From assembly GCA_050239825.1 (NCBI GenBank), contig JBFXGO010000004.1, positions 4,590 through 68,589 on the forward strand: a stretch of DNA of 64,000 bases, given 5' to 3'. Below the pieces are notes generated by a model. It was not told the origin of the DNA, ran no database searches, and saw nothing but the letters and a program-made list of their open reading frames with translations. Within the stretch, counting starts at the first letter, position 1; the number at the start of each line of letters is the position of its first letter. Shown here in pieces: positions 39,376 through 49,567 of this stretch. The stretch is from a bacterium (lineage in GTDB: Bacteria; Hydrothermota; 32-111). Both the position numbers and the translations under genes were made by a program.

Positions 39376-40799
39376 TCCTTTGTGAAGACTTTTTTTCCTC
39401 TTTTGAATGTCATGACTATCCGGGGATTCTTAGCTGGAATTTTTTCAATCGGAGAGTCAAAGACTGTCATATCCGCAAAGTATCCTTTTTCAAGCTTTCC
39501 AAAATTTTTCCCTTCATTCATTATTTCTGCGCTTCCCTCAGTATAGCACTTAAGAGATATGGAAGGTTTCATTCTCTGATTTTCAAATTGAGCCTTTGCG
39601 AGAGATTCAATGCCGTATACAGGCGAAGGGGGCATGCAATCGGAGCCGAATCCGAGAGGAATTGATTTTTCATATATTTCAGAGACGACATTGTTGAATT
39701 CATAATATTTCTTATCCAGCCTCTCTTCATACATCTGTCCCTTCATAGCCCAGTTGCCTATAAAATTGGGTTGCATAGAGAGCATCAGGGATTGTTTTCT
39801 GACTCTGTCAATCTGTTCTCGCGCCGCAAGTTCAAAATGCTCTATCCTGTCATTCTTTCTACCTACAAGATTTTTCAAAGAATACTCTATCGCCTCATCC
39901 CCTATCGCGTGAACTGCAAGCTGGTAGCTGTTCTTTTCCGCAGTTGCAAAAGCTTTTCTGAAATCTGTTCTTTTGAGAACGATCTCTCCCTTCTCTTTTG
40001 TATTTTTGTAAGGAATAGTCAAGGCGGCCGTGCGTCCGCCGATTGACCCGTCAGTGAAAAGTTTGAGCCCTTTCAGTTTGACATTTTTTCTATCTTTCCA
40101 CCCCTGAAGATTCTCCGCCAACATTGCGGGATAGTAGAAGAAAACATCAAGCTTTAGGTTTCGGGAATCGTAAATATCAAAAGAATCATATGTCGCCATA
40201 TCTCCTATTGAAGTTATGCCGAGAGAGAAAAACATGTTCTGAGCTTCCGACAGAGCTCTTTGCATATCCGCCTTTGCCGGTTTGAGCACAGTGTTCAGAG
40301 AGAGAACAATCCCCTCCCGAGCTATTCCGCTCCTATTGTCAAAATTGCCATTAAGCTGATTTTTAAGGAGTCTGACTGCCTCTTCATTGAGCACCGCAAT
40401 ATGACCACAGACTCTTCTTACAATTACCGGTTTTTTCAAATTCATTGCATCAAGCATCGCCTTTGAAGGAAATTTGTTTTTTTTGAATTTTGTTTCGTCA
40501 AACCCCTCTGCAATAATATACTCTGAGTTTAAATTTTCACGCGCATACTTCTCAATTCGCAGATATATTTCCTCTTCGGATTTCACTCCTGAGAGATTGC
40601 ACCGTATAAGATTCAGTCCGTACCAGAGAAGATGAGTATGCGCATCAATAAACCCGGGGTAAATATATTTGTCTGAAAGGTCTATTGTCTCGATATTCTT
40701 TTCCGAAGAATCTTTGATAAAAGCGATTCTCTCCCTCTCTATTCCTATGAAGCGGAAAAATCTGCCGCCTGAGAGAACATTTGCTTTTATCTGATACAT
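39372..40799 (-). CDS. Amidohydrolase family (YtcJ-like metal-dependent hydrolase)
   Basis: 475 aa. YPGFIDAHTHL metal-binding motif at the N-terminus, and HAIGD and GSDCMP motifs C-terminally. Confidence 0.75.
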   Translation of the reverse strand: MYQIKANVLSGGRFFRFIGIERERIAFIKDSSEKNIETIDLSDKYIYPGFIDAHTHLLWYGLNLIRCNLSGVKSEEEIYLRIEKYARENLNSEYIIAEGFDETKFKKNKFPSKAMLDAMNLKKPVIVRRVCGHIAVLNEEAVRLLKNQLNGNFDNRSGIAREGIVLSLNTVLKPAKADMQRALSEAQNMFFSLGITSIGDMATYDSFDIYDSRNLKLDVFFYYPAMLAENLQGWKDRKNVKLKGLKLFTDGSIGGRTAALTIPYKNTKEKGEIVLKRTDFRKAFATAEKNSYQLAVHAIGDEAIEYSLKNLVGRKNDRIEHFELAAREQIDRVRKQSLMLSMQPNFIGNWAMKGQMYEERLDKKYYEFNNVVSEIYEKSIPLGFGSDCMPPSPVYGIESLAKAQFENQRMKPSISLKCYTEGSAEIMNEGKNFGKLEKGYFADMTVFDSPIEKIPAKNPRIVMTFKRGKKVFTKE

Positions 40800-42538
40800 C
40801 AGCTTCCAATATCCAAGAACGGCTTCAGAATCTCCGCCCTGTTCTTGTGACCCAGTTTTTCAAGAGCCTTTGCCTCTATCTGCCTGACTCTTTCTCTTGT
40901 GACATCCAGTATTTCGCCCACCTCTTCAAGGGTGCGCGGATAGCCGTCCTGCAGGCCGAACCTGAGCTTTAGAACAGTCTGCTGTCTCGGAGTCAGATCG
41001 GACAGAACCATATCAAGCCTCTCCCTGAGCATGGAAAGCATCGCATGGTACTGCGGAGATTTTTGATCCACATCTTCTATGAAGTCGCAGAATATTGATT
41101 CATCGCTGTCACCTATGGGTTTGTCGAGTGATATGGTTTCCTGAGCAATTTTGTAAACGCTCTTTATTTTATCAAGTGGTATATTGAGCCTCTCTGCGAC
41201 ATCCTCTTCTGTCGGTTCTCTTCCAAATTCCTGCATGAGAGCCCTGGTGGCTTTAACCACCTTATGCATCACCTCTATCATGTGGACAGGCACTCTTATT
41301 GTGCGCGCCTGGTCGGCTATTGCTCTTGTTATTGACTGTCTTATCCACCATGTCGCGTAAGTTGAAAATTTGTAGCCCTTCTGATAATCGAATTTTTCCA
41401 CTGCCTTCATCAGACCGGCATTTCCCTCCTGTATAAGGTCCATGAATTCAAGGCCCCTGTTTGTATATCTCTTCGCTATTGAAATCACAAGCCTCACATT
41501 TGCGCGAATCATCTTTTGTTTTGCGTCATTTAAAGTGACCTCGAATTTTGTGAGGTTCTTTATTATTTCATCGAATTTCTCATTGTCACAACCTATCTCA
41601 GATTCCATCTTTTTTATGCATGATTGAATGTACTCTATCTCTCTTTTTACATTTATGAAATCCTCTCTCTTGATGTTTCTCTTCTTGTATTTGATAGGCA
41701 CATTTCCCTTTGCATCGCAAATACGCATTATATCATTTATAGATGTGTCGAATCTTTTTTCTATGAGTTTGAATTTTTGGTTTTGCATGCACAGATCTTT
41801 GTGCAGAATTTTGTAGGATTTTATCATGTCATTGAGCTGCACCGAATTCACCTGCATCTCTTGAACCTTATCAATAAGATTGGAGTAGATTTTTTCCATC
41901 TTTTTGTCGCGTTTTTCTCTTTCGGATTTCTTCAGTCGTGAGTAGCCCACCTTTTCTTCCTTTATTTTCTGAATGTCTTTCTTAATGTCGTCAAAGAGTT
42001 TTTTTAGCTTCTGATATTTTTTCTTCTGCGAAAGTTCGTTTGATATATTCGGATCCTCTATGTGAAAGTACTGGTCAATCGACTCCTCTTCATCTATGAC
42101 TTTGTCGTAGAATTCCTGCACTCTGTCAAATGTCTTGTCAATCATGAACAGATTTGAGATTATGCCTCTTCGTCCCTCTTCCATAACTCTCGATATAGTC
42201 ACTTCCATATCCTTTGAGAGCAGTTCAATGGATTTCATCTCTTGCAGATACATTCTGACGGGGTCATCATACTTTATCCTTTCATAGAGGTCGGATTTCT
42301 TTTCCGCCTCTATTCTGTGAGTGGGCTCAGGCATCTGCTTCTCATTGTCATCTTCTATCAGCGCTATGCCCATCGTCTGCAGACGCGTTATGAGGCTGTC
42401 AATTTCATCAACCTCAAAATCTTCTGGCAGGAGGCTGTTGAGCTTGTGATACGGCAATTCTCCATTCACCACAGCTTTTTTAATGATAGTGTTGATTATA
42501 TTTTCAATATCGCCTGTCTTCTTGGCATCAAGAGCCAT
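40799..42538 (-). CDS. rpoD: RNA polymerase primary sigma factor RpoD (full length, with region 1.1 and a non-conserved acidic insert)
   Basis: 579 aa with [52 protein letters not shown] and a C-terminal 4.2 HTH. Confidence 0.9.
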   Translation of the reverse strand: MALDAKKTGDIENIINTIIKKAVVNGELPYHKLNSLLPEDFEVDEIDSLITRLQTMGIALIEDDNEKQMPEPTHRIEAEKKSDLYERIKYDDPVRMYLQEMKSIELLSKDMEVTISRVMEEGRRGIISNLFMIDKTFDRVQEFYDKVIDEEESIDQYFHIEDPNISNELSQKKKYQKLKKLFDDIKKDIQKIKEEKVGYSRLKKSEREKRDKKMEKIYSNLIDKVQEMQVNSVQLNDMIKSYKILHKDLCMQNQKFKLIEKRFDTSINDIMRICDAKGNVPIKYKKRNIKREDFINVKREIEYIQSCIKKMESEIGCDNEKFDEIIKNLTKFEVTLNDAKQKMIRANVRLVISIAKRYTNRGLEFMDLIQEGNAGLMKAVEKFDYQKGYKFSTYATWWIRQSITRAIADQARTIRVPVHMIEVMHKVVKATRALMQEFGREPTEEDVAERLNIPLDKIKSVYKIAQETISLDKPIGDSDESIFCDFIEDVDQKSPQYHAMLSMLRERLDMVLSDLTPRQQTVLKLRFGLQDGYPRTLEEVGEILDVTRERVRQIEAKALEKLGHKNRAEILKPFLDIGS

Positions 42539-42539
42539 T

Positions 42540-44246
42540 TTACCTCCCTCCTTTTATTTTCTTGACCATCAGAACTCTCATGTGCATCAGTCTGTCCTTT
42601 TCCTCTTCATCAGAGGCATTCTTTATTTTTATGTCAATCTCTTCAATGCGCTTCAAAATTCTTTTCTCTTTTACTATTCCGAGAATCTCGTTTATTTTCT
42701 TCTCATCCGGTTTATGCTCAAGATAATAGGTCATCCTTTTGATTATATAATCTTTCAAATATTTTATTTTATCATTTTTAATGAATAAGTCAATATTCTC
42801 ATCCCTTGTGTCCAAGGAATTGCAGATAGAGATGAATGTTCCTTTCAGTGGCAAATCCAAAAAATCAGTCTCCTCAACTTCAAAACAGAGCTTTTTACAA
42901 AGCCCCCTATCAGAGAGCATTATTGCTATGATTTCATGATATATATTTGGTTTTTCCGCATCTTTTTCCTCTTTGACTGACTGCTCGGATTTCACTCCGG
43001 GTTTCAGAAATTTTTCTGAAATCCTGAGTCGCTCCACGACTCCCTTTGTATAGAGATTCCTTGTAACATCATCTTCAATATTTTTAACCGCATCAATTAC
43101 AAAATTTACAAAGTGCTTCTTTGAGAGCATCTCATCCTCTTCCTTCTCCTTAAAATACTCCTCTGCGAACCAAATAAAATCTTTTCTTCCACTCTCAATA
43201 TGCGCGAAATCGATTTTATCGCCCAGCTTTTTTACAAGCTCATCCGGGTCCTTCACGGTTTTGTCCGAGAAGACGCTCACAATCAGACCCTCCTTAAGCA
43301 GTATTGGAATAGACCTCATTGTTGCATTCCTTCCGGCTTCGTCCGTGTCATACATTAAAATGACCTTTTCGCACGCTTTTTTGATGATCTTTGCCTGTTC
43401 AGCAGTGCAAGCAGTTCCAAGCTGAGCCGCCGCATTCCTCACTCCTGCTCTGAAGAGAGAGATAAAATCCATGTATCCTTCAACAAGAATCATTGAATTT
43501 TTCTGCGATACCGCCTGTCTGCTCAGATGGAGCCCATACAAAAAATTACCTTTTTTAAAGACCGGAGTCTCCTGAGTATTGAGATATTTCGGATTATCAT
43601 CTTTGAGAACCCTGCCGCCGAATCCTATGACATTTCCGGAGTTTGAGAAAATTGGAAACATGATTCTGTTGAAGAAGACATCCCTCATGTTTCCATACTG
43701 GTCTTTGTGGATGAGGCCGGCTTTGACAAAATCATCGTACTTAAATCTTTTTTCTTTAAGGTGGTTTATAAGAGAATTTGAACTGTCGGAGAAGCCAAGC
43801 TTGAATGTTTCTATTTCCGGAAGGTCAAGCATCCTCTGCTTCAGGTAATCTCTTGCCTGTGAATTATCCATGAGTGATTTTTTATAATGATTCATCGCTA
43901 TCTCATTCGCCTCATATATTGTGCTTGTCACACCCCTCTCGCCCGACCTTTTATACTGGGAAAGGTCTATGCCTGATTTTTTTGCCAATATCTCGATTGC
44001 GTCATTGAAATCTACATGTTCAATCTCCATGATGAATGAGATTACATCTCCGCTCTTCGAACAGCCGAAGCAGTGATAGAAACCCTTTGTTGAGTTGACT
44101 ATGAAAGAGGGCGTCTTCTCCGAATGGAATGGACATAACCCTTTGAGCGAACTTCCCGACCTCTTAAGAGAAACATATTCAGATACAATGTTCTCTATCG
44201 GATTGGATTCTTTTATTTTGAATACGAGGTCTTCAAGATTGAACAT
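42540..44246 (-). CDS. dnaG: DNA primase
   Basis: 568 aa. Zinc ribbon [11 protein letters not shown]...CFGC, then the TOPRIM core (EGYMD, D..D). Directly upstream of rpoD as in the classical rpsU-dnaG-rpoD arrangement. Confidence 0.9.
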   Translation of the reverse strand: MFNLEDLVFKIKESNPIENIVSEYVSLKRSGSSLKGLCPFHSEKTPSFIVNSTKGFYHCFGCSKSGDVISFIMEIEHVDFNDAIEILAKKSGIDLSQYKRSGERGVTSTIYEANEIAMNHYKKSLMDNSQARDYLKQRMLDLPEIETFKLGFSDSSNSLINHLKEKRFKYDDFVKAGLIHKDQYGNMRDVFFNRIMFPIFSNSGNVIGFGGRVLKDDNPKYLNTQETPVFKKGNFLYGLHLSRQAVSQKNSMILVEGYMDFISLFRAGVRNAAAQLGTACTAEQAKIIKKACEKVILMYDTDEAGRNATMRSIPILLKEGLIVSVFSDKTVKDPDELVKKLGDKIDFAHIESGRKDFIWFAEEYFKEKEEDEMLSKKHFVNFVIDAVKNIEDDVTRNLYTKGVVERLRISEKFLKPGVKSEQSVKEEKDAEKPNIYHEIIAIMLSDRGLCKKLCFEVEETDFLDLPLKGTFISICNSLDTRDENIDLFIKNDKIKYLKDYIIKRMTYYLEHKPDEKKINEILGIVKEKRILKRIEEIDIKIKNASDEEEKDRLMHMRVLMVKKIKGGR

Positions 44247-44294
44247 TGGTATAATATAATATATATAAAGTTTTTTTCAAGTCTTTTGTTTGAA

Positions 44295-45830
44295 TCAGTA
44301 TTTGAAAGAGGAATTTCCTATAAATTCCCTCAACACCGAGGTGGGTGGAATGAACTCCATGGATATCGGCTTGAAGAACGAAAGTATGAATTGAAGCCTC
44401 TTTGCATCAAGGTAATGCGGCTTCTCCTCGGTAATCCCGCCAAGCAGGGGTTCGGCAAAGTTTTTTAGCACGGAGAGCTCGTACAACAGAGATGAATTGA
44501 ACATGAAATCGGCAGTCTCCTGAAATGGGAATATATTCTTCTCTTCTCCGCGTCTGACCGAACGCCACATTTCAAGGGTCTGGTCAGCAGAATGGTTTCT
44601 GAACAGATAATCCCTCACGAGCCTCCTGATAAGACGGTTGTCGGTAGTTGATATCCTGTGCGTGCTGTCAATGTTTATCTGAGTTAAAGCGGAAACATAT
44701 ATTTTTGCCTTCTTCTCCTTTGGAACAGATTTTGTCAGTTTATCATTCAAGCCGTGGATTCCTTCGATTATCAAAATCGTGTTTTTTTCAAGTTTAGCTC
44801 TCTTTGTCTCCTTTTTTCTCACTCCCAGAGTGAAATCAAATACCGGAAGCTCCACTTCTCTGTTCTCAATGAGTTCAATCAGATTTTTGTTGAAGAGTTC
44901 AAGGTCGATTGCGTCTATCGATTCATAGTCGAATTCATTGTTTTCATCTTTGGGTGTCTTCTCTCTGTTTACGAAGTAATTGTCAAGCGAGATTCCCGAA
45001 ACGGAAATGCCAAGCACGCGAAGTTGAACCGACAATCTTTTCAGAAATGTAGTCTTTCCGGAAGACGAGGGTCCTGCAATTGAAATGAGTCGTAGGCGGT
45101 TTCTCATTGAATCTATCTGATGGGCTATGTCAACTATCCTTTTCTCATGAAGCGCCTCTGACACCTGAATGAGTTCGGCTATCTCCTGCCTTTCAATTGA
45201 ATCCTGCAGATTTTCGACAGACCTCCAGTTTAGGATCTTAGCCCAGTTTTCGGATTCGTTGAATACATTAAAAAGCTTCTTCTGATCGTTTTTTTCAAAT
45301 GCCCTTCCGCTGAAAATTATTATTCCCGGAGGATAATATTTAATATATGCACCTTCAAGAAGAGAGGTCTTCGGCACAACCGGAGTGAAGAAAAAATCTT
45401 TTGTCCAGTTGAACTGTGCGAAGAATGCTCCATTCACGGATGAATTCTCCAATAGATACTTTTTTTTGCTGTCATCTTCAAATAGGGTGATAAGCTCATC
45501 CCTCTTTTTAAACTTCGCTGTAATCATCTCATCGGATTTTATTATCTCCTGAAGCTTCTCATTCATTTCATCTATAGTTTTTTCACTGATGAGCACCGGT
45601 GAGAATATTTCGCAGTAGAGCCCCCCATTGATAGTGTGTTCGACATTAAGTTCACTATCCGGGAACATCGAATTCATTATTGATTTAACAACCAATATCA
45701 GGGAGTTTTGAAGAACAAGCTTGCCGTACATTGAATCGGAATAAACCGAAGACAAATCCGAATAATCACTCTCGCATGAGAGCGGTATTAGTCTGTCGTT
45801 TTTTCTGTAACATACTGTTTTTCCGTTCAT
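44295..45830 (-). CDS. Long-form uridine kinase/phosphoribulokinase-family P-loop kinase with N-terminal TGS-like extension
   Basis: Walker A IAGPSSSGKTT followed by the uridine kinase fold. The ORF-track start at 45896 would translate through the tRNA (the RVGGSNPPTS artefact), so the start is moved to the ATG at 45828-45830 (MNGKTV...). Confidence 0.65.
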   Translation of the reverse strand: MNGKTVCYRKNDRLIPLSCESDYSDLSSVYSDSMYGKLVLQNSLILVVKSIMNSMFPDSELNVEHTINGGLYCEIFSPVLISEKTIDEMNEKLQEIIKSDEMITAKFKKRDELITLFEDDSKKKYLLENSSVNGAFFAQFNWTKDFFFTPVVPKTSLLEGAYIKYYPPGIIIFSGRAFEKNDQKKLFNVFNESENWAKILNWRSVENLQDSIERQEIAELIQVSEALHEKRIVDIAHQIDSMRNRLRLISIAGPSSSGKTTFLKRLSVQLRVLGISVSGISLDNYFVNREKTPKDENNEFDYESIDAIDLELFNKNLIELIENREVELPVFDFTLGVRKKETKRAKLEKNTILIIEGIHGLNDKLTKSVPKEKKAKIYVSALTQINIDSTHRISTTDNRLIRRLVRDYLFRNHSADQTLEMWRSVRRGEEKNIFPFQETADFMFNSSLLYELSVLKNFAEPLLGGITEEKPHYLDAKRLQFILSFFKPISMEFIPPTSVLREFIGNSSFKY

Positions 45831-45838
45831 AAAATTTA

Positions 45839-45910
45839 AGCTGGTGGGCGGATTTGAACCGCCGACCCGCGCTTTACGAAAGCGCTGCTCTACCACTGAG
45901 CCACACCAGC
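45839..45910 (-). tRNA. tRNA-Thr (anticodon CGU)
   Basis: The reverse complement folds as a cloverleaf: acceptor GCTGGTG/CACCAGC, D-arm GGCTCAGTGGTAGAGC, anticodon stem GCGCT/AGCGC with loop TTCGTAA (anticodon CGT), T-arm GGCGG-TTCAAAT-CCGCC. CCA is not encoded. Confidence 0.8.
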
Positions 45911-46039
45911 AGAGTAGTATATTGTATGAAAAATCCGGGCTGAGTCAAGAGCTCATAGATATTTAATCAATTGCTCTGTTCCCTCTCTCCGCCTCTAAGA
46001 TTAAAATGCTTGTTGGTGAAATGCGGACGGCGCAGTGAG

Positions 46040-46072
46040 GCAAAAAAAAGGCGGCTATAAGCCGCCTTTTTT
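46040..46072 (-). terminator. Rho-independent terminator downstream of the 46086..47144 gene
   Basis: aaaaaaaaggcggc-tata-agccgccttttttga gives a GC stem with a flanking T-run on the minus strand. Confidence 0.55.
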
Positions 46073-46085
46073 GAGAGATATGTTC

Positions 46086-47144
46086 CTATTCCGTCTTTGC
46101 TTCCTCTTTTATTATCTCTATTTTCTTCTCTGCGCTGTTCTTCTGAAAGACGGTTGAGCCGAACCTTGACATCAGAACTCCGCCGAAGGCAAATGTTATT
46201 ATTATATAGTTCTGCATGTATTTCAGAAATCCGAAAAGAGTGTTCAGATAGTTTACATCAGCCCAATTGAGTATGTTGTGAATCAGTGGAATTATGCTGA
46301 AAGCCGCTATTCCGACGAATACGCTCATTATGGGGTTAAGCTCTCTCTTCCACAGTTTTTCTCCAATCCATTTTCCCGTGTAATTAACAACCGTAGCCCA
46401 GCCAAAGAGAAGTCCTGCAAGAAGGGCAAGCACAAAAAGAGGAATGAATGGTATTCCAACAATGCTTATTGCAAGAAGTATTATCGCCGGAATTATGAGA
46501 ACCTCTGTAAGCAAACCCATCAAAAATATGAAGAGGGGGCTCTCAAGTATTGATGATTCAACTCTCTTGTGCTGTTTTACAATCATTATCACAGCCGCGG
46601 CAATGGCGAACATTACTATAAATGCGGCAAGCATGTTGAAAATATCGGTTATGTCAAATCTGTCCCTCTCCATCGTGAACTTGCCTTCTGAATTGTGAGA
46701 GGCCAAAAGCCTGACGATGGCTCCAATGCCGTTTATTTGAATGTTTGTCTTTTCTCCTTTGAAGACTGCCGCCGTGTCAATGTCAGCTCTGCTTCCGAGC
46801 ATGACAAATTCCTGTTCAACCACTGTCAAAGGTCCGATTTTGCCGGTAGAGCCTATAAGAACAAGCTCTCCCTTGATCTGCGCATTCACATCAAATGTGC
46901 CGCCTATGCAAACGACATCACCTTCGACAATTCCATCTACATTTATGTGGCCGCCTATGGTGACAACATCATCATTGAGGGAATCAGCCTCCTCCGGATC
47001 AAAGTCATCAGCTTCCTCGGCTAGAACTGGCTTCTGCTCCATCTGAGGCTTTGCTTCCACCGGACTTTCGGCGACCTGCGCAAATGCTGCAAGCGCGGTG
47101 GAAAGAATAATAACCAGCGCAAGTGTTTTCAAAAATGTCTTCAT
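46086..47144 (-). CDS. Membrane protein with N-terminal bactofilin-like (polymer-forming cytoskeletal) domain; third gene of ECF-sigma module
   Basis: 352 aa with a signal peptide. GGHINVDGIVEGDVVCIGGTFDVNAQIKGELVLIGSTGKIG is a left-handed beta-helix bactofilin-type repeat. The C-terminal 170 aa is polytopic membrane. Confidence 0.5.
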   Translation of the reverse strand: MKTFLKTLALVIILSTALAAFAQVAESPVEAKPQMEQKPVLAEEADDFDPEEADSLNDDVVTIGGHINVDGIVEGDVVCIGGTFDVNAQIKGELVLIGSTGKIGPLTVVEQEFVMLGSRADIDTAAVFKGEKTNIQINGIGAIVRLLASHNSEGKFTMERDRFDITDIFNMLAAFIVMFAIAAAVIMIVKQHKRVESSILESPLFIFLMGLLTEVLIIPAIILLAISIVGIPFIPLFVLALLAGLLFGWATVVNYTGKWIGEKLWKRELNPIMSVFVGIAAFSIIPLIHNILNWADVNYLNTLFGFLKYMQNYIIITFAFGGVLMSRFGSTVFQKNSAEKKIEIIKEEAKTE

Positions 47145-47551
47145 CTATTTCCTCCTTTTTTCTTGTTTTTCTTATGCATTGCAAGGGCGCCTACTGAAAT
47201 TATCAGCATTCCTGCAAGAGGCACGTAAAGATACTCTCCCCTGTAATGTGGAAGTATCTGCGACAGTATATTTAAAGCTCTCGCCAAACCCTGCAAAAAT
47301 GAAATTATCCTGTCGCCCGTAAAATCCCATGTAAATGAGAATATGGCGTTTCTTGAATAGACGATTGTAAAGAGCACGGATGATACAAGATATCCTATTA
47401 TCGGAGCTATCAGAATTCTTGCAGGCCTTTGTTTTATTTTCTTTGCTGCAATCGCCTTCATAACATTCTCTTCGGTGGAATCTATCGCGGGAGTTTCATA
47501 ATCCCTGAATAAATCTTCTATTCCTATCAGTTTTTCATTTTTATCTTTCAT
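47141..47551 (-). CDS. Putative anti-sigma factor (single-pass membrane protein)
   Basis: 136 aa immediately downstream of the ECF sigma gene, translationally coupled, with a cytoplasmic N-terminus plus TM segments. The call rests on position alone. Confidence 0.4.
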   Translation of the reverse strand: MKDKNEKLIGIEDLFRDYETPAIDSTEENVMKAIAAKKIKQRPARILIAPIIGYLVSSVLFTIVYSRNAIFSFTWDFTGDRIISFLQGLARALNILSQILPHYRGEYLYVPLAGMLIISVGALAMHKKNKKKGGNR

Positions 47552-47555
47552 ATTT

Positions 47556-48092
47556 TCACCTCTCGCATTTTTTCATTTCCAGCAGTTCCCGCATCTTTTC
47601 CTTTGCCCTGAACAGCTTAACATTAACTCTGTTTTCAGGAATCTCCATTGCTTCGGCTATTTCTTTATTTGAGAATCCCTCTTTATACTTCATTATAAGG
47701 AGAGTGCGGTCATCCTCTTTCAGCCTCGCCATCGCCTTTTCTAGCGCCTTTTGCTGCTGCATTTCATCCAAACCGTGTAGATTTTTGTTGTCCGGTATTT
47801 CATAATCAAGCTCTTCAATGCTTATTGTTTTCTTTTTTTTCCTTATGTAATCTATCGTGTGGTTTCTCGCAATCTTTATAACCCAAGGCTTGAATTCATG
47901 CTCTTCACTGTATGAGTTCAGATTTTCAAACGCCTTTATGAATGTTTCCTGAGTGAGATCCTTGGTTGTTTCTATGTCAAAGACCATTGAATAGATTATG
48001 CTGTTGACTATTCTTTCGTACTTTCTCAGGAGAAGCGCAAAGAGTTCTTTGTCTCCCGACCTGATTCTTTTGACTGTTGTTTTTTCATCCAT
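47556..48092 (-). CDS. ECF-type RNA polymerase sigma factor (sigma-24 family)
   Basis: 178 aa. Region 2 (LTQETFIKAFENL, ARNHTIDYIR) and a region 4 HTH are present. Confidence 0.85.
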   Translation of the reverse strand: MDEKTTVKRIRSGDKELFALLLRKYERIVNSIIYSMVFDIETTKDLTQETFIKAFENLNSYSEEHEFKPWVIKIARNHTIDYIRKKKKTISIEELDYEIPDNKNLHGLDEMQQQKALEKAMARLKEDDRTLLIMKYKEGFSNKEIAEAMEIPENRVNVKLFRAKEKMRELLEMKKCER

Positions 48093-48247
48093 AATTTGCT
48101 TTCATCTATCCCTACGGGTTAAAAGTTTAAAAATTACATAAATCTTAAGTCATTCTTTGTTTCAGTCAACAACAAAAAAAACATTTTTGTGTTGCATTTT
48201 TACGAAAATTATATATACTTTTATTTATTATAAAAAAAGGAGTTTGG

Positions 48248-49510
48248 ATGAGAATTGAGTGTCCAAAATGTCACAAAAAATATGAAGTTGAGGATATGTA
48301 TATTCCTATAGGCGGAGGACCTGTAAGATGCCCCAATTGCAAAAATATTTTTGGGATCTATGTTGAGCCGATGGATATTCCCATGACAGAGATAATTGAA
48401 GATGACGAACAGCCGGCCGCTTCAGCAGGAACCCCTTTTACCACACCTGAGATAGGAGAGACATCCTTCTCACCGGAATATGCGCCTCAGGAGGAGCAGG
48501 CGAATTCACCTGCAGACAGTGATAACCTCTCCGAGCAGTTGAATGACCTCGGCAGTTTCTCAAGCTCCGTTCCTGAAACAGAGACTGCATTCGCACAGCC
48601 GACGGAAGAGACTCAGAATTTCGGCAATATATCATTTGACCCTGCCAAATCAGCTCCTGTGGAGGAGGCAAAACCCTCATTTTCTCAAAGCATGGATGAT
48701 TTTGGAGTTCCTCCAGCATTTGCTCAGCCTGCTCAACCTAAAACAGCAGAGCCTGCAATGCCTGATTTCGGAGCAAGTCCATTTGCACAGCCAAAACCTG
48801 CCGCTCCTCAAACACAGGACTTTGGAGTCCCTCCAGCATTTGCTCAGCCGACTCAGCCTAAAACAGCAGAGCCTGCAATGCCTGATTTCGGAGCAAGCCC
48901 ATTTGCGCAGCCAAAACCTGCCGCTCCTCAAACACAGGACTTTGGAGTCCCTCCCGCATTTGCTCAGCCGACTCAACCTAAAACAGCAGAGCCTGCAATG
49001 CCTGATTTCGGAGCAAGTCCATTTGCGCAGCCAAAACCTGCCGCTCCTCAAACACAGGACTTTGGAGCAGTGCCTCCAGCATTTGCTCAACAAAAGCCGG
49101 TAGAGCCTGTGACACATGAACCTATGCCTTTTCCTGCTGCAAAACCAGCACCTCAACCCCAGCAATCGGCTCCTGTCGGACATATAAAGCCGGGCGGAGC
49201 AATGTTTGATGTTCTTCTCGCAGGATTCAATCTTCCGCCGAATTTCAGCTCTATGCCTGAAAACATGCAGAAGGTTCATAAAGATGCCGTCAAGCTTGCA
49301 CGACAACTTGCAAAGGACATTCTCCTATACCATAAAGATGAGGTGGAGAAGGGTATGGCAAATGGAAATATCAAAGAGTCTATGAAGGATGAAATTGAAA
49401 AATCTTATAAATTCTATACACAGAGAATTCAACCTGAAATAATTTCAAGCAGCAATTACTTCAATGAAGCATTGAATAAAATTGTAGCAAAAGGACAGAA
49501 GATTTTTTAG
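48248..49510 (+). CDS. MJ0042-type zinc-ribbon protein with Pro/Ala/Gln-rich tandem-repeat linker and helical C-terminal domain
   Basis: 420 aa. N-terminal CPKCHKKYEV...VRCPNCKNIF, then three identical 40-aa repeats, then a C-terminal helical domain of about 110 aa. GGAG lies 7 nt upstream of the ATG. Confidence 0.7.
   Translation: MRIECPKCHKKYEVEDMYIPIGGGPVRCPNCKNIFGIYVEPMDIPMTEIIEDDEQPAASAGTPFTTPEIGETSFSPEYAPQEEQANSPADSDNLSEQLNDLGSFSSSVPETETAFAQPTEETQNFGNISFDPAKSAPVEEAKPSFSQSMDDFGVPPAFAQPAQPKTAEPAMPDFGASPFAQPKPAAPQTQDFGVPPAFAQPTQPKTAEPAMPDFGASPFAQPKPAAPQTQDFGVPPAFAQPTQPKTAEPAMPDFGASPFAQPKPAAPQTQDFGAVPPAFAQQKPVEPVTHEPMPFPAAKPAPQPQQSAPVGHIKPGGAMFDVLLAGFNLPPNFSSMPENMQKVHKDAVKLARQLAKDILLYHKDEVEKGMANGNIKESMKDEIEKSYKFYTQRIQPEIISSSNYFNEALNKIVAKGQKIF
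48701..49060 (+). repeat. Perfect 120-bp tandem direct repeat x3 (in-frame, inside CDS)
   Basis: The unit tttggagt(t/c)cctcc(a/c)gcatttgctcagcc...cctcaaacacaggac occupies 48701-48820, 48821-48940 and 48941-49060 with 3 or fewer mismatches per copy. A degenerate fourth copy follows. Confidence 0.85.
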
Positions 49511-49532
49511 AATTATAGTCCTTAAAATATCG

Positions 49533-49567
49533 ATAAGAGAGGCGCATTAAGCGCCTCTCTTATTTTG
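49533..49567. terminator. Bidirectional rho-independent terminator between convergent genes
   Basis: agagaggcgc-attaa-gcgcctctct is a perfect 10-bp stem with A/T runs on both sides. Confidence 0.6.

Noticed and set aside
45831-45896. N-terminal 22 aa (MVEQRFRKARVGGSNPPTSLNF) of track ORF 44295..45896
   Set aside because: This is the translation of the tRNA-Thr gene (GSNPP is the T-arm). The CDS start was moved to the ATG at 45830.
48438-49306. Antisense and alternative-frame ORFs (48438..48719 -, 48543..49103 +, 48677..49306 -) inside the Zn-ribbon repeat protein gene
   Set aside because: All derive from the 3x120-bp tandem repeat, which keeps every frame open. The conserved zinc-ribbon N-terminus and the RBS support only the 48248..49510 frame.
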